From an uncultured delta proteobacterium (GTDB taxonomy: Bacteria; Desulfobacterota; Binatia; Bin18), in the NCBI GenBank assembly GCA_963733195.1, contig CAVTCR010000017.1:40270-104269 (forward strand): a stretch of DNA of 64,000 nucleotides. Reading direction: 5' to 3'. Below, piece by piece: positions 38,859 through 49,055 of the stretch (its first letter is position 1; every line of letters begins with the position of its first letter). The notes beneath the pieces are model-generated. The model made no database searches and was not told the DNA's origin. It saw only the letters and a list, made by a program, of their open reading frames with translations. The translations under genes were made by a program, and so were the position numbers.

Positions 38859-40010
38859 ATGACATCGAACGGGCGGTTTCCGTACGCTGGTGCAATCGAC
38901 GCGGACGGTCACATTCTCGAACCACCGGACCTGTGGGAAAAATACATCGACCCGCAGTATCGCGACCTAGCTATTCGCGTCCGCAAAAACCACGAAGGCC
39001 TTGAAGTGATCGAAGTAGGCGGTGCGCCAGCCAAATATTTCAAACCCGGGCAATTAGCTCAGTCTGGAGCCATGGGGAAGCGGGGGAAAGACCTCTTACC
39101 CAGCCCAGAGAAAACTTATGTCAACCAAGCCCCGTTCGGGTCGATGGACCCTAAGGAACGCCTTGCTCGTATGGATCAAGAGGGTTTGGAGAAAGCCATC
39201 ATCTACCCTAGCCTTGGGTTGCTCTGGGAAGCCGAAGACATCGACGATTTTGCACTTCAGGCTGCTTATGCACGCGCGTACAATCGTTGGGTAGTTGATT
39301 TCTGTGCCAACTCTGGTGGTCGTCTTGTTCCTGTAGCACATATTTCTTTTGGTGATCCTGCTGAGGCTGCGCGAGAACTAGAGCGTTCAGTGAAGGCTGG
39401 ATGTCGAGGGGCCTTCTTCGTGCCTTTCACACCGACCTACCAATCGCATGCGCATCCTGATTACGATGCGTTCTGGGCGAAAGCGCAAGAGTATGACGTG
39501 CCTGTTGGTATTCATCCGAGTGGAGAACCACCAGCAAAGCGTGTTCACCAACGCTTTCGAGAGATGAAGTGGGCAACCTGGCACCACAATGTTCACGGTG
39601 CGCAAGGTCCTTTGCAGGCGTTTACTGCGATGTTTCAATACGGACTGTTCGATCGCTTCCCCACAGTCAAAGTGATCGTGTTAGAGTCCGGCGCAGGGTG
39701 GGCTGGTTATCTGCTGAATCGCATGGATGCTGTGTATGACAGTGCGTTAGGGGAAACCGTCCGGCTCAAAGAGAAGCCGAGCTATTATTTCCACCGGCAG
39801 TGTTGGATCTCTGGCGACCCAGACGAAAAAGCCTTTGGCCACGTTGTGGACTTTGTGGGAGCGGACAAGTTCTTTTGGGCCTCAGACTTTCCGCATTTTG
39901 ATCATCCGGGAAACTATATGGATGAGCTGAAAGAGTTGGTAGAACCGATGTCAGCTTCGACCCGGCAGAAGGTCATTGGCGAGAATGTGGCGCGGGTGTA
40001 CGGGTTGTAG
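38859..40010 (+). CDS. Amidohydrolase family protein (Amidohydro_2)
   Basis: IDADGHILEP, GIHP, LESGAGW, WASDFPHFD. Confidence 0.92.
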   Translation: MTSNGRFPYAGAIDADGHILEPPDLWEKYIDPQYRDLAIRVRKNHEGLEVIEVGGAPAKYFKPGQLAQSGAMGKRGKDLLPSPEKTYVNQAPFGSMDPKERLARMDQEGLEKAIIYPSLGLLWEAEDIDDFALQAAYARAYNRWVVDFCANSGGRLVPVAHISFGDPAEAARELERSVKAGCRGAFFVPFTPTYQSHAHPDYDAFWAKAQEYDVPVGIHPSGEPPAKRVHQRFREMKWATWHHNVHGAQGPLQAFTAMFQYGLFDRFPTVKVIVLESGAGWAGYLLNRMDAVYDSALGETVRLKEKPSYYFHRQCWISGDPDEKAFGHVVDFVGADKFFWASDFPHFDHPGNYMDELKELVEPMSASTRQKVIGENVARVYGL

Positions 40011-40041
40011 AGCGATCTTCGTTGTGCTCATTCGCGAGATT

Positions 40042-40110
40042 ACCCTCACCTTATCTCTCTCCCTTGAGGGAGAGGGATAAGGCCGCGAGAGCGGATGTGG
40101 GTGAGGGTGA
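40042..40110. repeat. CCCTCACC/CCCTCTCCC-type REP-like palindrome between convergent genes
   Basis: ACCCTCACC-TTATCTCTCTCCC-ttga-GGGAGAGGGATAA...GGTGAGGGT. Confidence 0.7.
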
Positions 40111-40148
40111 AAGTGGATGTTACGAGAACAGATATAGCAGGAACGCTG

Positions 40149-40700
40149 TCAGAATCCCTTCACTCCTTTATCTAATTGTACCCCAAATGTGTTCAGCGCC
40201 ATCGACACCAGATTGTATTGACCGACCGCAAACACAACGTCCATGAGCTGTTCGGTGCTGTAGCGCTCACCCAATGCGGCCCAGGTTTTATCACTGATAA
40301 ACGCGTCTTTGTGTAACTCGTCAACTGCACGTAATAGTGCGGCATCGAACGGCGCCCAACCGGGAGCATCCGGTCCTTCTTTGATCCGTGCGATCTCAGT
40401 GTCAGTCAGTCCGGCAGCTTTGCCGAATATCACATGTTGTCCCCATTCATATTCTGCCTGACACAGCCAACCAATACGCAGAATGAGAATTTCTCGTTCC
40501 CGGGGTACTAACTTTGAGGTGTCGCCCATCACATGGTAAGCCCAGACACCGAACTTTTTCGAGGCTTCCCAATGTCGGGACAGTGTCCCTAAGACGTTAT
40601 ACACCCGCCCTTCTTTATGGACGGGCTCAAGCACTTTGCGTTGTTCGTCTGTCCATTCTGCTTCGGTCAGTGGCGTAATACGTGGTTGCGATAGTTTCAT
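40149..40700 (-). CDS. Carboxymuconolactone decarboxylase/AhpD-like protein
   Basis: REREILILRIGWLCQAEYEWGQH, AVDELH, VGQYNLVS. Confidence 0.9.
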   Translation of the reverse strand: MKLSQPRITPLTEAEWTDEQRKVLEPVHKEGRVYNVLGTLSRHWEASKKFGVWAYHVMGDTSKLVPREREILILRIGWLCQAEYEWGQHVIFGKAAGLTDTEIARIKEGPDAPGWAPFDAALLRAVDELHKDAFISDKTWAALGERYSTEQLMDVVFAVGQYNLVSMALNTFGVQLDKGVKGF

Positions 40701-40744
40701 TTGATCCCTCCTTGGAGTCGCTGTATACAAAAACTAGCCAGGGA

Positions 40745-42811
40745 TCAACCTTTGCCGAGAAATTTACAACCACGAAGAAAACTCCTCATCGTCTTTCGGA
40801 CCGTCTGAGGAGCGTAAGAGAATGCGCGTCTTTGAAACGAGAAGCGTCGGACTCCCGCTGATTTATTTGGCAGATTCTTTATTCCGGTCCCTGCTGGTCC
40901 TGTGCGAAGGATGCGAGCAGCGTCATGGTGACCATTACGGAGTGCAAGGGTTAATGCTGTTCCTCCTGCAGAATTTTTTGTATCTGTTTGTGCGCCGTTA
41001 CGCACGAGAGACCACACTATTTTCGTGTGACCGTTCCAAGCCGCGTACATGAGCGCAGTCCAGCCTTCGGCGTTCTGTGCATTTATGGAGGCACCGTTGT
41101 TGAGCAGGGTCCGAAGAATAGTGCTACGCCCTGCAAGAGCTGCAAGCATTAGCGCGGTTCGGCCGGAGGCGTTTTGTTCGTTCACATCCGCTCCATTCTT
41201 GAGCAATTCCTGCACCTCAGTCGTATGTCCGTGCATCACAGCCAATACCAGTGGCGTTGAGCCTTTTTCATCGTTCGTCGTCCTCGTTCTTTGCATTTCC
41301 ATCTGTCTTTTCACCCCTTGAGGAGTCGCAGATGTTGTAGGTGCGAGAAGTACCTGAGAATTGACAGACAATGATTTCCTTGCCCCTTTTTCTTGGAGTT
41401 GTTGTCCCTGAGCGCGCTTTTCTCCAGGCGGAAGACTACGAGCGATCTTTTCCGCTCGGGCAGACGGTTCGCTGGCGGAGGGATCCCTTTGTGGGTCAGC
41501 ATTTTTCTTTTCTCGCTCAACGTCCGCCACCACTGGAGAACTGTGGGCAGTCGTAATAGTAACTTGGCGAGTTGTTAGCCTGGCGAGATCTGTAGCGGAT
41601 TGTTTATTAGTTTGCTCAGGAGGGGAAGGAAGTTTTTGCTGAGAGGTAATACTCGTAGGCAGTTGGAGGGGAGTAGGGGGGGGAGGTGGTAGTACCGCTT
41701 TTGCTGACACAGGGTCCGAAAGTGGTTGGTGTTTAGCATCGGGCTTGAGTGCTACGGGCAACGGCAGTTGAAAAGAGAGCAAAAAAAGGAGAAAACCACC
41801 GACACAGAGCCCAGCTCCGGTGGTCAGTTGACGTCGTGCCTGAGGGAAGAAGTCAGAGCCCTGCACCTTTGGGTTCTCTCTTCGCCGGCGTGGGAGAGTG
41901 TCGAAGACCGAGGGCCGCGGTACCGACAGTTCGGGAATCGTTCCTACGTGTGAGTACTCCGATCGGTTCGATACTGTCGGAATTTCGTGCTCGGGCTCGC
42001 TTGCTGGGGGTAACTGCAGGTCTCTTGCGGCTTCCTCAATAATCTCCTTCGTCACTGTATTTTTCGCTTCTGTATACGCGATCAGAAGTGCGTTGTCACA
42101 GATAGTGTTAATATAACGAGGAACGCCTTGTGAATACTCGGCAATAGCTTGCACAACCTCCGGTGGAAAGAGGTCGTGCTGGTCGCACCCAGCGGTACAC
42201 AAGCGATGCCGAATGAATAGCCCAACCTCGCTTTTATTCAACTGGTCAAGTTGGCATGAGACCGCAATCGTTTGTTTGAGAACGGCCACTGCAGGGTGAT
42301 TGAGGTTGTCTTCAAGCTCTGATTGCCCTACCAGGACAATCGATAGCAGCGCTTCGTCTTCGACTGCGAAGTTTGCGAGCTGCGCAAGTGCCGCTAATAC
42401 AGACGGCCGTAAATTGTGTGCTTCGTCAATAAACAAGGCAAAATACTGACTGCGTTGCCGTTGAGTGACGAGGAAGTGATACAGCGCCTCGAGTTGCCGG
42501 GACTGGCCATGTGGTTTATGCGGAAGGGCAAGATCATCGCAGACACAATCCAATAGATCCTCAAAGAGCAACGTGGTATAGGGACAAAGAATAAAACTAA
42601 CTGTGCGTTCTAAATCCGTCATGAGTCGACGGAGGATAGTCGTTTTTCCCGTGCCGGCTTCGCCTGTGAGCACGACGACCCCTTTCCGTTCGTCGATACC
42701 GCGGCGCAGAGTGGCGTAGGTGTGTTGATAGAAAAGGTTGGAGTAGAAAATTCGCGGGTCTGGCGTGACGTTGAACGGACCTTCACGGAAGCCGAAGAAT
42801 TTGTTGTACAT
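40745..42811 (-). CDS. ExeA/GspA-like AAA ATPase with TM helix and C-terminal ankyrin repeats (paralogue 1)
   Basis: MYNKFFGFREGPFNVTPDP, GEAGTGKTT, IDEAHNL, GVPRYIN; ankyrin GSTPLVLA/GRTALMLA/GWTALMYA. Confidence 0.88.
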   Translation of the reverse strand: MYNKFFGFREGPFNVTPDPRIFYSNLFYQHTYATLRRGIDERKGVVVLTGEAGTGKTTILRRLMTDLERTVSFILCPYTTLLFEDLLDCVCDDLALPHKPHGQSRQLEALYHFLVTQRQRSQYFALFIDEAHNLRPSVLAALAQLANFAVEDEALLSIVLVGQSELEDNLNHPAVAVLKQTIAVSCQLDQLNKSEVGLFIRHRLCTAGCDQHDLFPPEVVQAIAEYSQGVPRYINTICDNALLIAYTEAKNTVTKEIIEEAARDLQLPPASEPEHEIPTVSNRSEYSHVGTIPELSVPRPSVFDTLPRRRRENPKVQGSDFFPQARRQLTTGAGLCVGGFLLFLLSFQLPLPVALKPDAKHQPLSDPVSAKAVLPPPPPTPLQLPTSITSQQKLPSPPEQTNKQSATDLARLTTRQVTITTAHSSPVVADVEREKKNADPQRDPSASEPSARAEKIARSLPPGEKRAQGQQLQEKGARKSLSVNSQVLLAPTTSATPQGVKRQMEMQRTRTTNDEKGSTPLVLAVMHGHTTEVQELLKNGADVNEQNASGRTALMLAALAGRSTILRTLLNNGASINAQNAEGWTALMYAAWNGHTKIVWSLVRNGAQTDTKNSAGGTALTLALRNGHHDAARILRTGPAGTGIKNLPNKSAGVRRFSFQRRAFSYAPQTVRKTMRSFLRGCKFLGKG

Positions 42812-43304
42812 AATACTCCTCTTGTACAAGCAACGGATGGTTTTGCATCATTTTTAACAGAGCCAAATTTCTAGAGAGCTATGAATTCGAGTTGTCCAGC
42901 AATCCTAGTGAGAAAAAATGATGCAAGATTAACCGCCGTGTGTATTGAAGCCAGTGAGAAGCAAAAAAACTTTTCACTACGGTGTGAACATGCTTATCAC
43001 ACTGCTTCCGTCGTGTTCCCCCCACATCATCCAACCCTTATGTTCAACCTCATAATACGGTCAATAACAGAACAGGCCTACAGTTTCATGACGGCTTCTT
43101 TAAAAGAAAGGTCTTGCTATTTTACCTGAGACTGATCGCCCAATCCAGAGCTTTACGGAGAGAAAATGAGAAAGTACCCTGCGTCCGTTGACGAGGCGCG
43201 AAGGGTTTGTGAAGAAAACCTCAAGTGGGGCAGGCGAAGATTTATGAAGAGAAAGAAGAAAGACAGGAAAGAGAAATAAGGGCGATCAGTAACAGAACCG
43301 ATCT

Positions 43305-45266
43305 TTAGTTGAACATGGTTCCTCCAGCTTTTCCGTCTTGTAAGGCGCGTGCAGTTTCTTTATGTCCTCTTGCGGTTGCATACATGAGGGCCGTTCGTCC
43401 GTCGGTATTCATTAAGTCTACTTCTGCTCCACTGCTTAACAGGATCTGCACGGTTGTCGTATGGCCATTTCTCGCCGCGTACATGAGGGCTGTCCATCCT
43501 TTGGTATCCTGGACATTCACTTTTGCCCCTCTCTCAAGGAGAAGTTGGAGGATCTCATTTTGGCCTTGAATCGCTGCCATCATGAGCGCTGTTCCCCCTG
43601 TGGGGTTGTTCAGGTTGACGTCCGCGCCTTTCTTGAGCAGCAGCTCTACCATGGGCGAATAGCCATGTAACGTTGCCGTCATCAAGGCTGTCCAGCCACT
43701 CTCATCGACGACGTCCGGGACAATCCCTGCACTTAGAAGACGCTCTCCTTGTTCCACGTCTCCTTGTGAGGCTGCCTCAATAAGTAAGGATTCGTGAGCA
43801 GACGGAGAGTCGCTTGCCTGCGTTGATGGCAGTTGCTCTGGGAATTGCGAAGGTTTTTTCTCGGTCAATTCTTGGAGGGCAGTTTTTCCTTGGGAGTTAG
43901 TAATAACAGGTGGTGATATTGCAGATATTGCCGGAACCAGCGACGTTTTTCCCTCCTTCGTCTGAATGGGGTCTGCCTTGCGGTTTTTCTTTACTGAATC
44001 AGCTTCTTTTGCTGGAAGCCGTCCCTTGTCAGAGTCCGAGCGCACGGCCATAGCCCCGAGTTCATTGGGAACAAAAGTTCCTGCTCCATTATCGGAGATA
44101 TTGGCCATGTGACCATCTTGTCCCGCGGGGGGGATCGATGGGACAAAAGGATCCTTGCCCCCCCCATAAGGAAAAAGAGTGAAAAACCACAAGGCGAAGG
44201 CGAGTCCAGTGCCAGCCAAGGCAAACCAGCGTGAGGAAGTTCTCCTTGGAGGGTGCCTTTTGCTGGTGTCGGTTCTGGTTACGGCGATGCGCCGCGGAGC
44301 GCTGCCTGTGTGCGTGTCGGCTGTAGTTGTTAAAGCGTTCACCGAGGGAACATGTAACTGGGGTGGTTCTGCTTCTTGAGAGGCTAGGGGAGGGATCTGA
44401 GCAGAGACCATTTCCTCCTTAGGGTGAACTACCTGATTCTTTTGCAACACAGGGGACGTTTTTTGTAGGCCCAAATCCTGCGAAATCTCTTCGATCATTT
44501 CTGCCGAGATGGTTTTCTCGGAAATACTGTAACCAAGGAGTAAGGCATTATTACAGAGAATGTTGATCAACCGCGGGACGCCCTGAGAGTGAAAGGCGAT
44601 ACGTTGTATTGCCTCCGGGGTGAAGATGTCGTCTCGCATACACTCGGCAGCCTGTAAACGGTACGCAATGAATGGACCGACGTCTCTTTCCTTGAGTCGG
44701 TCGAGTTGGCAATTCAAGGTCACACGTTGCTTGAGTTGATAGACAGCCGGTTGGGCAAGTTTCCTTTCAAGTTCAGGTTGGCCGACGAGAATAACAGGAA
44801 GTAGTGTTTTGCTCTCGGTCGTAAGATTTAAGAGGTGGCGAATTTCTTCTAAGACTGATTCTTGGAGATTTTGCGCTTCATCGATCAGGAGTGCCGCAGT
44901 GTGTCCTTGACCTTGCAGAGTAATAAGAAACTCTTGAAGAGCCTTTAGCGTTTGGAGTTGCCCTTCCTGTCGAAGGGGGACTTCCAGGTCTTGGCAAAGG
45001 AAATTGAGCAGATCGTCGAATGGCAGTGTCGTATAAGTGAAGTAAGCAAAATGGACTGAGTCTTCGAGATCTCTCATGATCCGCCGCAACATCGTCGTCT
45101 TTCCTGTGCCCACTTCACCAATCATGACGGACAAACTCTTGCCTTCACGAATACTATGAACGAGGTTGTTGTAGATTCTCTGATACGAAGGGGTTGCGTA
45201 AAAAACATGAGGATCAGGGGTTACGTTAAAAGGCTGCTCACGAAAGCCAAAGAAGTCGTTGTACAT
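43305..45266 (-). CDS. ExeA/GspA-like AAA ATPase with TM helix and C-terminal ankyrin repeats (paralogue 2)
   Basis: MYNDFFGFREQPFNVTPDP, GEVGTGKTT, IDEAQNL, GVPRLIN; ankyrin GWTALMTA/GGTALMMA/GWTALMYA/GRTALMYA. Confidence 0.9.
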   Translation of the reverse strand: MYNDFFGFREQPFNVTPDPHVFYATPSYQRIYNNLVHSIREGKSLSVMIGEVGTGKTTMLRRIMRDLEDSVHFAYFTYTTLPFDDLLNFLCQDLEVPLRQEGQLQTLKALQEFLITLQGQGHTAALLIDEAQNLQESVLEEIRHLLNLTTESKTLLPVILVGQPELERKLAQPAVYQLKQRVTLNCQLDRLKERDVGPFIAYRLQAAECMRDDIFTPEAIQRIAFHSQGVPRLINILCNNALLLGYSISEKTISAEMIEEISQDLGLQKTSPVLQKNQVVHPKEEMVSAQIPPLASQEAEPPQLHVPSVNALTTTADTHTGSAPRRIAVTRTDTSKRHPPRRTSSRWFALAGTGLAFALWFFTLFPYGGGKDPFVPSIPPAGQDGHMANISDNGAGTFVPNELGAMAVRSDSDKGRLPAKEADSVKKNRKADPIQTKEGKTSLVPAISAISPPVITNSQGKTALQELTEKKPSQFPEQLPSTQASDSPSAHESLLIEAASQGDVEQGERLLSAGIVPDVVDESGWTALMTATLHGYSPMVELLLKKGADVNLNNPTGGTALMMAAIQGQNEILQLLLERGAKVNVQDTKGWTALMYAARNGHTTTVQILLSSGAEVDLMNTDGRTALMYATARGHKETARALQDGKAGGTMFN

Positions 45267-45529
45267 GACGATCCTCTCTAGGGAGGGAGACTGGATTTAC
45301 TCGTAGAGGTTCTAGGTTCCGAATTTGCGACGGACTGTCGTTGGTCCCACCGTTTGCGTTCTCATCGAGTACAGACGCTCGACACTCGTACAGCGTGTCT
45401 CTCTGGGAATTAATCTCTACATATAGTATCATCATCGCTAGGTCCTTTCTAATATTAAATTGGGGACTAGGATAACTCTTGCGAGATGCACGAAATATGC
45501 TGAGATGGTGCTCGTGAGCTGATCGAAAG

Positions 45530-45561
45530 AGCGGCCGCCAGACACATTTCTAACGGCCGCT
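45530..45561 (-). terminator. Hairpin downstream of tRNA-Asn
   Basis: AGCGGCCG...CGGCCGCT stem followed by a short T tract on the minus strand. Confidence 0.55.
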
Positions 45562-45568
45562 TGAGAAT

Positions 45569-45644
45569 TGGCTCCTCGGGCAGGACTCGAACCTGCGACC
45601 CGCCGGTTAACAGCCGGCTGCTCTACCAGCTGAGCTACCGAGGA
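45569..45644 (-). tRNA. tRNA-Asn(GTT)
   Basis: TCCTCGGTAGCTCAGCTGGTAGAGCAGCCGGCT-GTT-AACCGGCGGGTCGCAGGTTCGAGTCCTGCCCGAGGAGCCA: cloverleaf with CCA. Confidence 0.97.
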
Positions 45645-45722
45645 ACAGAAGAAAACGTAGGCGGGTTTTAGCAAAGGGGCGGAAGAGTGTAAAGCATATC
45701 CGCTGATCACAGAAACGAGACG

Positions 45723-46319
45723 CTACATTTCTCGTCGCCCTTCGATAGCGCGACCAAGCGTCACAGCATCAACATATTCAACATCTCCCCCCATAGGGAT
45801 GCCGTGTGCGATGCGACTAACCCGAATGCCAAGCGGCTTAATGAGTTTTGCAAGATACAAAGCTGTGGCCTCTCCTTCGACAGTCGGGTTCGTTGCGATA
45901 ATTACCTCTTGGGTTTGCCCACGACGAAGCCGCTCTATCAGTGGAGTAATTCTAAGTTGCTCTGGCCCTATGCCATCAAGGGGGGCGAGTACACCTTGCA
46001 AAACGTGATACCGACCGTGGTATTCCTGCGCCCGCTCTACTGCCATTTGGTCAGCAGGTTCTTCGACGACGCAAATCGATTCATCACTCCGTTTTGGGTC
46101 ACTACAAACAGGACATAGTTCTCCTTCGGCGAGGCTGAAGCATTGCTGACAGTAGGTGGTTTCTGCTTTTACTGCCCAGATCGCTTCGGATAAATTCTCT
46201 GCGTACTCCCGACCTGCTCCTAAAATGAAAAGTGCTAAACGAGTCGCGGTCTTTTCGCCGATGCCTGGGAGTTTTCCCAGTTCTTGTACGAGGCGAGCGA
46301 GCGCGGGAGTGAGCTGCAT
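45723..46319 (-). CDS. recR: Recombination mediator RecR
   Basis: LPGIGEKTATRLA, C4 zinc finger, ICVVE, ATNPTVEGEATA. Confidence 0.97.
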   Translation of the reverse strand: MQLTPALARLVQELGKLPGIGEKTATRLALFILGAGREYAENLSEAIWAVKAETTYCQQCFSLAEGELCPVCSDPKRSDESICVVEEPADQMAVERAQEYHGRYHVLQGVLAPLDGIGPEQLRITPLIERLRRGQTQEVIIATNPTVEGEATALYLAKLIKPLGIRVSRIAHGIPMGGDVEYVDAVTLGRAIEGRREM

Positions 46320-46356
46320 GGTGCCCTTCGTACCACAAACGAAAGGACAGACCTAT

Positions 46357-46671
46357 TTAGGCTGTCAGTCCGGGGATCTTGAGGCCGCCGGTCACTTTTG
46401 CCATCTCATCCGCCATAAGCTTCTGGGCTTTGCGTAGCCCTTCATTGACTGCGGCGATGACGAGATCTTGGAGCATCTCTGAGTCACCAGATGTGATTAC
46501 CGTCGGATCAATCCGAAGCGAGACAATTTCGAGACGACCACTGACGACGGCTGTTACCATGTTTCCACCGGCAGATGCTTCTACAGTTCTGTTGGCTGCA
46601 TCCTCTTGGGCGCGGGTCAGTTTGGCCTGTAGCTGTTGGGCCTGCTTCATCAAGTCTCCCATGTTTGCCAT
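46357..46671 (-). CDS. ybaB: YbaB/EbfC nucleoid-associated protein
   Basis: MKQAQQLQ...VEASAGGNMV...EMLQDLVIAAVN; lies between dnaX and recR. Confidence 0.95.
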   Translation of the reverse strand: MANMGDLMKQAQQLQAKLTRAQEDAANRTVEASAGGNMVTAVVSGRLEIVSLRIDPTVITSGDSEMLQDLVIAAVNEGLRKAQKLMADEMAKVTGGLKIPGLTA

Positions 46672-46680
46672 ATGTGCTCC

Positions 46681-48480
46681 TTATCGTGACGGATCGTTGG
46701 ATAAGCGATGCGAGCGTGTTGTTTGTACTTCTCCTCCCAGAACGTCGAGGACGGTTTTGACGAGGGGATCATCTCCCACTGGAGGGGTATGAGGAGCCGG
46801 GATCTGTTCTGTTGCTGTTGTTGATGCAGAGGGTAAGCGTGGCGACGAGGATGGTGGTAATGCTCCTCCTTTTATCAATTCTATGGTCAGAGGGCGGCCA
46901 AAGGCCCGCTTGGCCGCAGTCTCGAGAAGTGTCACATTTTCCTTACGGGAGAGCTCCTTAAAATATGGATCTTTCTCTAATCCGATATGGAGGCTGGTCG
47001 GGGTGATGTCGAGAAGGCGGCCAGATTTCAGTGCAAAAAATACTGAAATCTTCTCTTTCTGCACAGCCGCCAGAAATTTATCCCACGCCTGTTGCTGGTC
47101 AGTGCCAACGACGGAATCCTCTTTTACGCGAGGAGTATCTTCCTCTTGCTGAACGAGAGAGGGAGTAGCGCGCGAGAGTGGAGGCTCTTCACGACGTGGA
47201 CTCGCAGCGGAACGAAGAGTAGGTGGCCCCTCTTTGGAAAGTGATGCAGATGGACGAAGTGCGGAGACTGAAGTAACAGACGGCGAAAGAGACGGGCCCG
47301 GCTGGCTTGTTGGTAGCGAAGGCGGAATCTGACCACTCAGACTTTGGGCCACAGTTTCCAAGCGAGCCAAGGCTTCATCAATCGGCAATACTGCTGGCTG
47401 GCTTGCCAATTTGACCAGTGTCATTTCGACGACCAGCTGTGCATAGGCAGTCTTACTGACGTCTTCTTCTGCTCGCAAGGCGATGGTAAAAAGTCGTTGA
47501 AAGTCTTCGAGCGATCGTCGGGAAGCTTGCCCCTGGACCTCGGTGATCTCGTGATCTGGTAAATCTGTAAGCGGGGCGAGTTCTGGGTTGACTTTAACCA
47601 GGACGAGATTACGAAAGTGTTCAAGTAAATCATGGCAAAGACGACGTGGGTCGTAGCCATGCTGATACAAATCTCCGGCTAAGCGCAGTGCTGCGGCTGG
47701 GTCCTGCGCTAACACAACTTCGGCGAGGCGGAATAACGCTTGTCGATCGGCGACGCCAAGCGCTTCCTGCACTGTTTGTTCGTTAATCGTTCCACTACTC
47801 CAGGCCACCACTTGATCAAGCAGAGACTCGGCATCGCGCAAACTGCCATCGGCTTCGCGAGCGAGCAGCGCGAGTCCACGATCATCCGCTGTCAGGCTTT
47901 CGCGTTCGGCAATCGTACGCAACTTGTGGATCAGCTCACGTAGCGGAATGCGCTTAAAGTCGTACCGTTGGCAGCGTGACGAAATCGTCGCCAGGATCTT
48001 ATGCGATTCCGTCGTAGCAAAAATAAACTTTACATGCAGCGGTGGTTCTTCAAGTGTTTTGAGCAGTGCGTTGAACGCGGCATTCGACAGCATGTGGACT
48101 TCATCAATAATGACAACTCGAAAGCGACTCTTGATAGGACGGTATTGAATACCCTCGGTGAGGTCGCGGATGTTATCAACCCCGGTATGCGATGCACCGT
48201 CGATCTCTAAAACATCAAGTGCCGTCCCAGCGGTAATCTCTGTGCAATTACTACAGGCGTTACACGGTTCTGCGGTTGGGCCTTTTTCACAGTTGAGGGC
48301 TTTTGCCAACAACCGGGCAATTGTGGTTTTTCCTACTCCGCGGGGGCCAGTGAACAAGAACGCGTGTGCAACACGTCCACTCGTAATCGCATTGCGTAGA
48401 GTGCGGGTCACGTGTTCTTGACCCACAACTTCGTCGAAGGTTTGCGGTCGCCACTTACGCGCAAGAACAAGATAGCTCAT
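46681..48480 (-). CDS. dnaX: DNA polymerase III subunit gamma/tau
   Basis: MSYLVLARKWRPQTF, GPRGVGKTT, IDEVHML, SRCQ. Confidence 0.97.
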   Translation of the reverse strand: MSYLVLARKWRPQTFDEVVGQEHVTRTLRNAITSGRVAHAFLFTGPRGVGKTTIARLLAKALNCEKGPTAEPCNACSNCTEITAGTALDVLEIDGASHTGVDNIRDLTEGIQYRPIKSRFRVVIIDEVHMLSNAAFNALLKTLEEPPLHVKFIFATTESHKILATISSRCQRYDFKRIPLRELIHKLRTIAERESLTADDRGLALLAREADGSLRDAESLLDQVVAWSSGTINEQTVQEALGVADRQALFRLAEVVLAQDPAAALRLAGDLYQHGYDPRRLCHDLLEHFRNLVLVKVNPELAPLTDLPDHEITEVQGQASRRSLEDFQRLFTIALRAEEDVSKTAYAQLVVEMTLVKLASQPAVLPIDEALARLETVAQSLSGQIPPSLPTSQPGPSLSPSVTSVSALRPSASLSKEGPPTLRSAASPRREEPPLSRATPSLVQQEEDTPRVKEDSVVGTDQQQAWDKFLAAVQKEKISVFFALKSGRLLDITPTSLHIGLEKDPYFKELSRKENVTLLETAAKRAFGRPLTIELIKGGALPPSSSPRLPSASTTATEQIPAPHTPPVGDDPLVKTVLDVLGGEVQTTRSHRLSNDPSR

Positions 48481-48571
48481 GGCAAAAAACGTAATTCGTG
48501 AAACGTAAAGCGTAATTGCTGGAGGCGAAGTCGTTATTCTTTACGCTGTACGTTTTTAAACATGCCGCCAC

Positions 48572-48680
48572 TGGTGATAGCTAGGCTTCCCTGCGGCACA
48601 GGGTTAGAATCGGTACCGTTGCTTCCTTCCGGACCTGGCGGGGTTCCCGACCTCCCTTGCGCAGGACCTAGCTATCACCA
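48572..48680 (-). ncRNA. ffs: Signal recognition particle 4.5S RNA
   Basis: Minus-strand core GCCAGGTCCGGAAGGAAGCAACGG; terminal stem TGGTGATAGCTAGG/CCTAGCTATCACCA; upstream of dnaX. Confidence 0.92.
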
Positions 48681-48684
48681 CTGA

Positions 48685-48769
48685 CGGAGAGGGAGGGATT
48701 CGAACCCTCGGTACCTTGCGGTACACACGATTTCCAGTCGTGCCCAATCGGCCACTCTGGCACCTCTCC
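48685..48769 (-). tRNA. tRNA-Ser(GGA)
   Basis: GGAGAGGTGCCAGAGTGG...CT-GGA-AA...long variable arm...GGTTCGAATCCCTCCCTCTCCG; CCA not encoded. Confidence 0.95.
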
Positions 48770-49055
48770 TCACCGGCGTTCTCAAGCCGAGAGACAGCCA
48801 GATCCCATCTCTTATTAGAGGATTCGTGAGGTTGTAACACCTCCCCTGTGCTCTCGCAAGGCAGGAAATGGGTTATGGTAGTGAGTTCCGAGTAACGAGT
48901 AAGCATAGAGCGTGAGATTTTCTCCTCATCATTCAGTTCTCATTATTCATTACTAAAACATAGGGTCGTTGACAGTGCTGCCTCGCCTCTGTTAGCGATG
49001 CTGGGAACCTTGATTTTCCCTACACATCTGGCATAAAGGGGCCGGTCTTTATCCC

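Noticed and set aside
45266-45644. tRNA-Asn as an integration site for an ExeA-ankyrin island
   Set aside because: No integrase and no duplicated tRNA 3' end was seen; a normal hairpin follows the tRNA
46681-48480. Programmed -1 frameshift in dnaX (tau/gamma)
   Set aside because: No A-AAA-AAG-type slippery site noticed in the linker region; the ORF is continuous
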